From Iphione sp. A-MEVVRFRX5 (Eukaryota), in the NCBI GenBank assembly GCA_976226885.1, contig OZ320315.1, forward strand, positions 48,856,001 through 48,920,000: a stretch of DNA of 64,000 bases, in the 5' to 3' direction. The notes beneath the pieces are model-generated. The model searched no databases, was not told the origin of the DNA, and worked only from the letters and a program-made list of their open reading frames with translations. This document shows positions 58,201 to 64,000 of this stretch, one piece after another. The translations under genes were made by a program, and so were the position numbers. Within the stretch, counting starts at the first letter, position 1. Every line of letters begins with the position of its first letter.

Positions 58201-60656
58201 GCTTGATTCGCTCACTGGAAGTTACCTCGGTCCCTCCTACGTCACCTCCACCTGAAGCCCCTGTTTTTCCTTTCTTCTTCTGGGTAAGAGGGTGAACATC
58301 GGACCCTTTCACTTCCCCAGTATGGCTCGTGCCACTGATCTTAGTGTCTACTACCTCACAATGGGAAACTGATGGTCCAACTTCAGTACGCGTCGGCTGA
58401 GGAGGTTTCGAAGGAATGAGTGAGTGAAAACTGCTGTCTGAGTCCACGTTGCAGCGCAACGATTTGCTTGAACATGTGACAAATCCGTCACTCTCGTTAC
58501 ATTTCTTTCTCTCCCTATTCACCTCAGCTCTACTGGAATGCTGGGAGACTTGTTTGCCTGCTCCGACGACTCCGCGGTGATCCTCTGCTGGACTTTCACT
58601 GCCAGTCGTGCTGGGCGCCCTGTTCGGGACTTTGGCAGACTTACGTCTTGAGCTGCGCTGCTTGAAGCGCACGCTGCGGTCCGGCGCACTGGCCCGAGAC
58701 TTCCCCCCAGTCTGCTGAGTGAGCGGGACGGCGGCTGCGCTTGACGGTTCGGTCTCCTTCTGGCCGTCAACGGTGGGCTCCGACGCACAGCTCTTGGTGG
58801 TGGGTGACTGGGAGGCCACGATCTGGTCGAGATTCAGCCTGGCCACCACACGGTAGCCCGTGTCATGCCGGACACTGTCCTCCAGGGGTGGACAGGCGGC
58901 GATCAGATGGGCAATCTGCGCGTTGGTGGCTCGCCGGGCGATCCCTTGCTGCAGGAGACCTTCGCTGATGTCCTCCTGCACTAGCGGAGAGAAGCCAGCA
59001 CCGACCGACGTGGGCCGATCCCGTGTTGGCAACAGAGGCGGGAAGATGCGCACGAACCAGCGAGAGCAACCCGGCACGTAGTCAAAGATTGCTGACTTGG
59101 CCACGCTGGCCGATTCAGCTCTCAGGAGCCTCAGGAAGGCAACAACCTCCTCTCGTCCCCACACCCCAGACGCCGAGAGCGGGGCCACCTGCGTGTGCGA
59201 AGGGATGAAAAACAGTCCTCATGAAATGGAGATAACGGCACACGTGGGTTAAAGCTCTAGAATTATTCTGAACTTACTTAAAACTCAAATTATTCTCGTT
59301 ATAAACAATACCATGTGTTCTTCACTAGTTAGGCTGAATTTCCCTAGGCGCGTGTTTTCAAAGCCATGTTACTGTTTTTTATGGGGGAACTATGATTATA
59401 CCCTTGATTTGTATCCTTTTTCTCTCCACCTTGTATAAGGTGGATTTGTAAAATTAAAAAAAAAAAAAATTTACAAAGCCACCTTATACAAGGTGGAGAG
59501 TAAAAGGATACAAATCAAACATTAATTAATATAATTCCTTCAATACACACCAACACTATAATTACTCATAATTGCCTGAAGAGACATAGTCGAAACCGTG
59601 TTATAGAAGTGATAAAAGCATAGCACAAATGCCCACAAGGAATTCAGCACAGGGGAACCTAAAAGGAAACTCCCCTAGCAACCAGTAAACAAACCTTGCT
59701 TAAAAAGGGAGGCAGTGCAGCTGGCTGGTTACTTGACTCGGTAGCACTCATTGAACACAGGTCTACCCCACGTCAACCGAAATATGATTATACCCTTGTA
59801 GATTTCCTTAGGCGCACGTTTTTATGGGTGTGGAAACACCACAGCATGGCTGTGTTTTCAGATTGTGAAGATTCTCAATTTTCATGGCAACACAGCCATG
59901 TTATCCTAATAAGTATATGAATAGTAAGATTTTGCTATGATTGGCTGATTTTGCATGATTTTTTGCTGTTTTCCACTGTCTTTTTACGTGAATTTCACTT
60001 TGTTTTAATTTCGCATGTATTTTGTGTATTTTATGTGTATTTTTGCTGAAAACATCCGAGAAAACATGGTGCAAGTGGCATGCAACACCGTGAACTTCAC
60101 CCCAAAAAATGGTCAATGACCAGAGAAAATACGCCATGTAGAAACGTGCCGTTAAAATACATGCCTAAGGAAATTCAGCATTAGATAAATTTTATCGCTT
60201 GGAGCCCATTTCTGTATGCAACTACAATGTCTTACCTATGTGCACTTCAGTCAAACTGACCCTGACTTAACATCGTACAATTTGCCTTCAAGTGTAATCC
60301 TTTTAAAATTCTATTTTGTTTTGTGTGTTTTTTTTAGAAATTCTAGAAAAGGGTTCACGTATAAAATATATACATTTACATTACACTTTCGTTTAGGAAA
60401 TCCCCTGTGGGACTGCATAAATCCTGTCTCTCCTCCGACTGGTCTCCTCTAATATAAGTCTCTACGTGCAAACTGACTGTAATATCATTAACAATTTAAC
60501 CTACCTCGGCAAGAGCGCAGGGTACGGCTTGTGCCGGTAGGCGGGCATACTTGGGCGCAAGGGGTCGCAAGTCTTCAAACTTTTGGCATTCGCTGTTACC
60601 AAAGTCTACATAGAAGATCCTCACCAAAGATACGAGAGGGTTGTCGTCTGTATCAT
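22282..60656 (-). CDS. Multi-Tudor + CCCH zinc-finger protein (Krimper-like/TDRD family); 5'-partial
   Basis: Phase-compatible GT-AG exons: 60656-60505, 59188-57486, 56869-56742, 55654-55520, 28823-28728, 28410-28213, [bridging exon(s) unresolved], 23544-23400, 23184-23036, 22919-22863, 22474-22282 (stop TAA). Three extended-Tudor units and C-x8-C-x5-C-x3-H. Confidence 0.85.
22863..22919 (-). CDS. Tudor gene exon (57 nt, phase 2-2)
   Basis: ccttttcag|...EEFVKLVDGKILIAEVLL...|gtacgt. Confidence 0.85.
23036..23184 (-). CDS. Tudor gene exon (phase 0-2)
   Basis: ctttcag|VFYLDLGSKQWVSEKNVRQIKDAFLHTNFQVIECSLDILPAKEHWNSNI|gtaagt. Confidence 0.9.
23400..23544 (-). CDS. Tudor gene exon (phase 2-0)
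   Basis: taatgcag|NFYTEHPFECQDMVEQAVGEIVAVKDEGDYKWYRCRVLQIAEDHGKLE|gtaaga. Confidence 0.88.
24300..24470 (+). mobile_element. 3' fragment of a CR1/L2-group LINE ORF2
   Basis: FKQSIWYSGITIWNSLPIELRSLPDTHMFK is the typical C-terminal WNxLP...FK motif. Confidence 0.65.
24473..24771. mobile_element. Second, diverged copy of the Harbinger-type MITE family seen at 18184 (TAA TSD)
   Basis: taa|ggcc...aaaatgttctgtgtttctggtaac ... ggtcagtcgggttactggaccagagatattttttgtttaggca|taa. Confidence 0.8.
27887..27933 (-). CDS. Candidate small Tudor-gene exon (47 nt, phase 1-0)
   Basis: Strong polypyrimidine acceptor and gtaagc donor; EDTTISCVAGPSGHSE. It needs a further phase 0-2 exon that was not identified. 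Confidence 0.3.
28213..28410 (-). CDS. Tudor gene exon (phase 1-1), start of the third extended Tudor domain
   Basis: ctctgacag|VGEMTEAVSSVFMYHDERQVALPEEDTWVALEVTAIISPAHFYVHFPFG...WQTE|gtaaat. Confidence 0.88.
28728..28823 (-). CDS. Tudor gene exon encoding the CCCH zinc finger
   Basis: ttctttgcag|(K)SVGDDRICRFYAAGKRCWSGSDCPYKHVRPK|gtaaac; 96 nt, phase 1-1. Confidence 0.9.
30270..30480 (-). mobile_element. 3' fragment of a CR1/L2-group LINE ORF2
   Basis: LVKRPKSQCYVRTLAFRGISAWNRIP resembles the ORF2 C-terminal motif. Confidence 0.55.
31972..32051. repeat. 40-bp perfect tandem duplication
   Basis: ctagagcgttgagtggatctgtgatacagacggacattac x2. Confidence 0.9.
33009..33132. repeat. (GA)n microsatellite plus ~42-bp repeat-family flank
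   Basis: ~40 GA units followed by attatttccaactttgaccccctgttatcatattatcta, which is the reverse complement of 55186-55230. Confidence 0.85.
33349..33545. repeat. Degenerate C/A-rich minisatellite next to an assembly gap
   Basis: Recurring cattatca(g/a)ct(c/a)acacta(t/c)aa-like units. Confidence 0.5.
35045..35163 (-). mobile_element. Penelope-like pseudo-LTR fragment with a hammerhead-ribozyme core
   Basis: Minus strand CCTGAAGAA-GTCCTC-GGGT-GAGGAC-GAAACGTC followed by an AATAAA-containing tail. Confidence 0.6.
36915..37237. repeat. 161-bp tandem duplication spanning the DIRS 3' junction
   Basis: ctgatatctgaatatcctttaacg...ggattctggttc x2 (36915-37075, 37076-37237). Confidence 0.9.
37187..41691 (-). 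mobile_element. Decayed DIRS-type tyrosine-recombinase retrotransposon with ITRs and ICR
   Basis: Gag-like remnants ~40880-39900; RT FPRRKPDGAIRPILDLSHLNKF..HFKM..DLKNAYHSVP (39413-39700); RNaseH/MT LVRTNNSTVQAYVN, DAFTVSW..YPPF; YR GYSALNTARSAL, WDVELVLQFL, SAHSTQAAAA; multiple stops, frameshifts and an RT deletion. ICR 37478-37600 is complementary to both ends. Confidence 0.9.
41124..41476. mobile_element. CAGGCCCGTAG-type MITE inserted in the DIRS 5' region (contains an N gap)
   Basis: TIRs caggcccgtagacaagg / cctggctacgggcctg; cattg directly repeated on both sides. Confidence 0.7.
44614..46596 (+). CDS. Intronless orphan class A (rhodopsin-like) GPCR, MECA-like, with non-canonical motifs and a long Ser/Pro-rich C-tail
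   Basis: 660-aa ORF with 7 hydrophobic helices; N-glycosylation sequons NAS/NAT before TM1; SN (TM1), SLCVAD (TM2), Cys at the top of TM3, W..GFIPHMGWN (TM4), CYTP (TM6). Confidence 0.9.
   Translation: MQPATDANEMTSAASRTESPRDRWREPPLTNASPAEVEGVLDLGATLVSLLRPSSDLTVGAGLDNASLLNATANDGSTSATALSIEHISATWTTTTTVQALIIAFGSISVLLTASNILLLAASKFTSGGRTPVLIFVRSLCVADAMTGAFGMCKMSQVLVEWRWTNCFLPESLLFSATLASALTHLMLTSMCYSMLRDLVRFDRRQDKHRSIFSMIFLWNGSFVVGFIPHMGWNVDTRMGWNSDQHPCRFLAYFSGLYMGLLTVMLGLTLAWLAVLHLALQVLIGHRRQRDPALLELTWPLVRASRVDLLVQVLCYTPGALYLFLPCSACASKADPITVDTNLWLFVPLMTFRAVCSTALHVTRTRQLRNTLSFFIRLSCHKCQAMVGVPNTRRPERTTSPLVFLNFLEKSIGAERLAVPGKTAVLPQRYSWRQEIKGRLSSQRQRSNPERPATAVAGTSGHLATHPTIPEEPSPPAESNPPTEKVRVGSRSSTSTGTPSRSNSNVTLASTMGSVSGGSVHGSTPPGNRKVSIKSRDVTTSGGGLSASPSRGEVNPNPDRVSGDHVGGHYWKGVLPQRQPQPLNASTLAEDSRVEPFLTLDRPASALVPPQRHLLWARSPVSTHLLSGGQTNRRKEHNPSNSRPHRLESEVEVHVSAQNQ
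48466..51378 (-). CDS. LINE ORF2: AP endonuclease + reverse transcriptase (970 aa, uninterrupted)
   Basis: HLNIRS, CFTESWL, VYRPP, LGDLNID, SDH (endonuclease); NYRPISVL, QGGYR, FIDISKAFDTI, GVPQGSVLGPILF, YADD, YKYLG (RT). Confidence 0.97.
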   Translation of the reverse strand: MSQITDIYNINKRGVNFAHLNIRSILPKLLSLQMDLYYQNIDVLCFTESWLKKEISDNMIHLQGYKPYRLDRISDNKTKGGGIVMYAKKNGKFSVTVEQSQCVMSPDIECMVCKLQSKFIHIYLLIVYRPPNGNCLTCFDKLQKIIDGCTTNKREIIVLGDLNIDYQKSRTNHYKLLKTFERSNGIVNIIKQPTRVTAKTATIIDLFLTSNPDLYEVHGTIDNSVSDHKWIFAKRRVQHVKPEYKEMWCRDYKQYTPENLNDDILAQLSSIQNQENMNVEELWEIIESMINEVIEKHIPIVKKRIPVNMPKWMTNDIIDLRIQKNRLLIINNKSRDPKNFELYKKARNAYNTKLKMARRDYLNNKLKFLKGNPGEYWKVLKEIIPSKNKEGTEIHEIVSNDVKVNGALNISNALNIHFSTIGTKLSNSIPKVTFTNLISRNDKSFTKFGMTTQKEIENIIAKMPNSKPTGLRLVPMKIIKSMKKGLSIGLLTLYNKILKEAYIPNSWKSALVTPLHKGGDTTNMSNYRPISVLSFYHKIIEKIIHSRMMKFLQNSEILTVFQGGYRGAYSTAYMAQYVVDTLLENRDQKLYSMPIFIDISKAFDTIKHSKILEKLEIYGFRQDALKLLANYLSYRTQRTKVGQEISTTVCDVTMGVPQGSVLGPILFILYINDLAKILEPDCFSMYADDTVVILKSNDISSLCTSASLKLQQIYSWMCYNSLSLNIGKTQYMIISPNNKNVQPSTPVLLNGSKVQCVDHYKYLGLYVDNKLNFKFHLQQLSKRIHIQAMLLSKSNRWLPKATNLMLIKMLFVPHIDYMDIVWSNISKKQLNQIQKCQNRVIKNALCKNYLTPTIELHKEAKLMMVHDRIKLHLLIHGYKAATEALPKFLNDKYKKKQLMYDLRDHVSDPFDNCYKVKGPILKTSYSRTVKMWNCSKLYSRDYENTFSFKKDVVKQWDNIAPLLKSLYEMF
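51932..52837 (-). CDS. LINE ORF1 (L1-transposase-like/RRM-type, 301 aa)
   Basis: Coiled-coil segment followed by RNRGLRIFGLPE...DIDMLYRVG...RPRPLFV...VFINEDL...LHSAWTSNGQVY. Confidence 0.9.
   Translation of the reverse strand: MASSSEESFHGFTTAEVEKAEEKQAKQKEALAKEETERDEPRKSGNNDEDSKEATSTSEATTASSSTATMMTPECNSPVNCEEANKNWEWQVDRVMEKFITSEGFKTSISSTVNEAVNEAVSTAVENTLGNLDDVRKSTQKVQIEVKEARSRVSTVEQQIRNRGLRIFGLPERGAEDGNEVLKLFRDMKISPEVQASDIDMLYRVGKMTPGETRPRPLFVTLLREYQKQLIYSKRTSLAKLRRGVFINEDLNNDNKNLYFLARSDVKAGRLHSAWTSNGQVYCKVVENAPAELFSRVQFNQ
53087..53098 (-). promoter_or_regulatory. NRF1/alpha-Pal consensus site at the LINE 5' end
   Basis: TGCGCATGCGCG matches YGCGCAYGCGCR. Confidence 0.4.
55066..55490. mobile_element. 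Diverged MITE with an internal (CT/CTGT)n microsatellite
   Basis: Ends tagtagaaaccctctacagcggaca... / ...ggtgtccgctg; internal segment shared (inverted) with 33091-33132. Confidence 0.45.
55520..55654 (-). CDS. Tudor gene exon (phase 1-1)
   Basis: tattcttcag|KVPTPDDDGDDAMDNWKPMEDDYLSLRNNYDVDIEDAGVALTGY|gtaagt. Confidence 0.88.
56742..56869 (-). CDS. Tudor gene exon (phase 2-1)
   Basis: gctgcag|CGLDSKLPLLLVDCSGPEDVHINEELVRLGHATLEGSLFRPP|gtaagt. Confidence 0.9.
57486..59188 (-). CDS. Tudor gene large exon (end of eTudor 1, disordered linker, eTudor 2)
   Basis: cacacgcag|VAPLSASGVW...; LLISHIDSPGCLFVHL...CVARFSEDDHFYRAEIL...VEVLYVDYGNREW...FPAQAVCCRLAG; donor gttagc. Confidence 0.93.
59332..60180. 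mobile_element. PIF/Harbinger-type non-autonomous element (TTA TSD)
   Basis: TIRs ggctgaatttccctaggcgcgtgtttt / aaaatacatgcctaaggaaattcagca; TTA at 59329-59331 and 60181-60183; internal partial TIR copies near 59640 and 59800. Confidence 0.75.
59404..59518. repeat. Near-perfect foldback palindrome (~50-bp arms, A-rich loop)
   Basis: ttgatttgtatcctttttctctccaccttgtataaggtggatttgtaaa / tttacaaagccaccttatacaaggtggagagtaaaaggatacaaatcaa. Confidence 0.9.
60505..60656 (-). CDS. Tudor gene exon (phase 1-0), part of eTudor 1
   Basis: ttcctgcag|DTDDNPLVSLVRIFYVDFGNSECQKFEDLRPLAPKYARLPAQAVPCALAE|gtaggt. Confidence 0.92.
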
Positions 60657-63629
60657 CTGCAGGAAATCAAACTTGCTGCTTATAGAAAGAAAGCGTCAAG
60701 TGTTTCTTTGTCAGAATTCGACACGTAAGTAAATAGATACACTGTGCAACTACGCCCTTTTCATCGATCAATTGTCCATTACGCCACTCAAATTCACATT
60801 CCTTGACAGATACCGGTAGCTGCAAACGTTGTCGTAACGAACAGAATATCCACACACACTATCTGTGCAAAACTAAAACTAAAAGCCTTTTCTTTTTAGA
60901 TCAATAAGAAGCCTAAAAATAAAGTTAAATTAAAAACGATTATGCATCAAAAGATTTATCCAACTTTTGTATTTTGGGCTACCTAACGAACAAGTAATTG
61001 GTACATTAGCTTTTTGCAGCAAATAATGTTTACATCAACATATCTGGAAAACGATTTGGTGTGGCTCACATATCACAGGCGTTGGCTGCGTTGGTTATCT
61101 TCGGCTACTGTTATAATTTCAGCCAATCATCACTTTATTAATATCACGCAAACAGCTTGCGTCAAAGCTGAGTGGTTTTGAATGAACTGGGACAGATCTC
61201 TTTATACACAAAGAGATGATTGTAAATGATTATAATACGGTTAGGTTAACATCTCGTTATCTGAAAGCATCTCACTTTACACTGCCATTGTACTCTATTT
61301 AAAGTACATTGTTATACCGACACGTTCATCGAATCTTATCCACAGAAATGACTCTTGTTACCTCCCCAATTTAACTCGATCCATTTCCATTAATAACTGT
61401 GATAAATGAGAGCGAAACCTCCGGTTAAAATTTATAAATAGAAGTGACCCATCCCATTCCCTTTATTGGTTTCTCTGCCACTCTGTGTGGTGAATGCAGA
61501 AAAAAACGCTTATAGATGGATGCTGCTAAAATGCAGTTCAATTACTATTCAATCCTTAAATTTCTGTCCGAGAAAGCGTGAAAAATGATCGAAAGAAGAA
61601 AATGACAGGTGTGGATATTTATAGATTATTCCTGCCCGCAAGACGAGGGCCGATAGGCCCGAGGCTGAGGACTAAACGCAAAAAACAAACTTAACCACCG
61701 TTCTGACAACAAGCACTAATAATCCCTATTAAATTCTGTATTTTTATGGAAGAAAGTTACTCACCTTTTAAAATACAAAAAACTACAGGGTAGCAGTGGT
61801 CAAAGCAGTTTACAGTTTTTCTTGGGTTTGGTGTAATCTAAACATTCTAAAAGAATGTGGCCAATTTAAGCTTAAAATTGATGAAAAATATGCAGCTAAC
61901 CTCTATTATTACAATTCTGATATTTTGGAATGTTTTTTTGGTCTCGAGACAAAAGCCCTCCTCTGGTCCACTGCTCCCTATACAGAACGTCACGACGCGA
62001 GTGTTAGAACTTATAACCCTCCACACTGTATATTAAGAGAGGCGGACACAGAATAAAACTAAACCCAGTGAGGACTTTATATCAAAGTCATCCTCGTTAC
62101 GTTAAATGTTACTTAGAAACAGAATTCCTGTTGTTTTTTTTAATAAATGTATATCTTGAAAATTCTTTGGGACACTGAATATTTTTGGATACCGAGTGTT
62201 TAGAATTCGAATCCTGACTGCCTAGCAGATGTGCACTCACTGACCAGGCTGTAAGAAGTGCTAGCCTGGGTTGGAGGGTAGGCGGATCAAAACTTAACAA
62301 TTGTTCGCGATGTCAGCAGCCTACTATCTGGAAAAAGGATCTCGCCAGCGCGTCGTTATAAATTCATGTACGATGTACCTCCCACGCTCTTCCCCAAGCG
62401 GGGCGACACCACATCACTCCATGCGCGCCTGTATGTGGTGCCGTGCCTGCATGCAAAGGGCAGTATCTCTATGACCCTTCTTCCTCATAGAGAACGGTCC
62501 GTCGTGTCTCGTCAATTTCGATATTTCTCATTTTGGGGTATTTTTGGTCTCTTACAAAAAGGACAAATGCCACTAAATCATTCAGACTACCATCGTGAAA
62601 CAGAAGTGCTGCACACCTAGGTACGGGCGGTAATTCTCTGAATACCTTCGAGGCGAGGGCAGGAGTTATTCCAAATGGCAATTCTCTGACGCAGCCAGTT
62701 GTTTTTTCAAAGACCAACATCTGACTTCAAAATACCGACCATGTTAATCATCCGTATTGAGTTTGTTTTCCCTCCCGGAAAACTTAAGTGCTGGTTTTGT
62801 GATGCGACTGTGGAAGGACAGTGTCACATATAGTGTTTAAAGTTAGTTGGAGGGTCGGAGATTCTGGTGACATCATGCATATCCGTGCTGGCAGGGAAAA
62901 TGCACGAGTATGATCTCATAAATCAATTGACATGTATTTTTTATTCAACGGACAACAATAAATGGACCTGATTATGGCTCGAGTCTTCTCAGATATCAAT
63001 AAATACAAGTTGCATGAAAAAGAATGCGTCACAGATGCAGTGATGGGGTATCGCAGAGGACTTTTTATGCAAAATTCTTGAGCCATAACCATAGAAAAAG
63101 TATTTTTGTGGAAAAATATGAAAATTAAATTTAGAGAGGACACATAGACACACACACACTGGTCTAGGCCTGTTGAATAGCACCACGGTTCCTTTGTTAC
63201 CCGCGCACAACCTGGCTGAATGCCGCACCACTACAAGGGAGGGGGCCCAGTCACAATGGCCAGCCACCAACCTCCTCAGTGAAGTTGCCTTGACGACCAA
63301 GGCACGCTATCACAGTCCTAAAGCGATGCTCGAGATCCATTAAATTTTTGCACAGCCAATATACAAGAGGTCTGTGGTGCAATGTTAAAGGTAAAACATT
63401 GGTAGAACATACATATAATACAAGTAGTTACATATGTGCACACCTATACATATCTGCATGGTGCCACCCTAGTCGACTGTGCCTTGTGGTTTGAGTGTAT
63501 GCTAAGCTACACCTGTGACGTATGAACAATGATGATGTATTGCTTTCTCCTATGCATATGTTATCCACTGATCTTTTCATGGGTTCAGCCCAATGACCAC
63601 TACTGATTATTATATCAAAGTAATAAAAG

Positions 63630-63802
63630 TTGAATGCCTATGTCCGGCCACATCGACTTGTGACAATTCTCACTAATACTACCACCTAAGCTAGGACCAG
63701 AAGTGTTAGTTACTTTAGGAACTTTGATCAATTTGTGACCATTTTCACTAATATGACCACTTAAGCTCAGACCAGAGAGGTGGTCGCAAATAGGCATTCC
63801 AT
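63630..63802. mobile_element. Short inverted-repeat element (MITE-like)
   Basis: gaatgcctatgtccggccacatc / gaggtggtcgcaaataggcattc with two internal ~60-bp-spaced direct repeats. Confidence 0.5.
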
Positions 63803-64000
63803 GTAATTTTACCTAATTTGAGTAAGGGCTTGTCCACCAGTATGGTCAAAGTGAGATCCCTCCCACCCATCCAGCCCAGTCATACCATGCCAGAAGTTAA
63901 AAAAATCTCATGACCTGGAAATGGAGAGACATAAGAAAAATGAAGGGAGGGTTAACAAGGGAGGACACATCAATACCAGACAGGCTCATAGTTTGGTCCA

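Noticed and set aside
59576-59600. Second hammerhead-like core CTGAAGA-GAC-ATA-GTC-GAAAC
   Set aside because: Only a 3-bp stem II, no convincing stem I/III; may be a Penelope remnant or chance.
62190-62255. Possible tRNA-derived SINE head (A/B-box-like) on the minus strand
   Set aside because: B-box is imperfect, with no cloverleaf, tail or second copy in the window.
60667-63990. Further upstream Tudor exon candidates (e.g. 60730-60810, 62400-62460, 63880-63915)
   Set aside because: Splice sites exist, but none gave the expected CxA...WYRA Tudor sequence in a compatible phase.

Overview
Animal (probably invertebrate; inference from intron style and TE content) genomic DNA with three N gaps (25937-26068, 33133-33348, 41236-41384). 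(1) 1-~20010 appears to be the 5' portion of one very large minus-strand Helentron/Helitron2. An intact ORF (ATG 2181, open off the left edge, absent from the supplied ORF track) encodes a peptidase-C76-like protease domain, a Cys-rich/DUF6570 region and the start of the Helitron Rep region. Upstream lie ~18 kb of G-poor, decayed exon-like cargo (including RING-like exons), tandem duplications and three MITEs, ending at a terminal-type hairpin (19950-20005). (2) 22282->60656: a minus-strand multi-exon gene for a protein with at least three extended Tudor domains and a CCCH zinc finger (Krimper-like, probable piRNA-pathway factor). (3) Its ~26.7-kb intron (28824-55519) holds an antisense intronless atypical class A GPCR, an apparently intact full-length CR1/L2-group LINE, a decayed DIRS element with recognisable ITR/ICR termini, a Penelope-type hammerhead-core fragment and MITEs. 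All calls are from manual reading and motif recognition; no searches were run.
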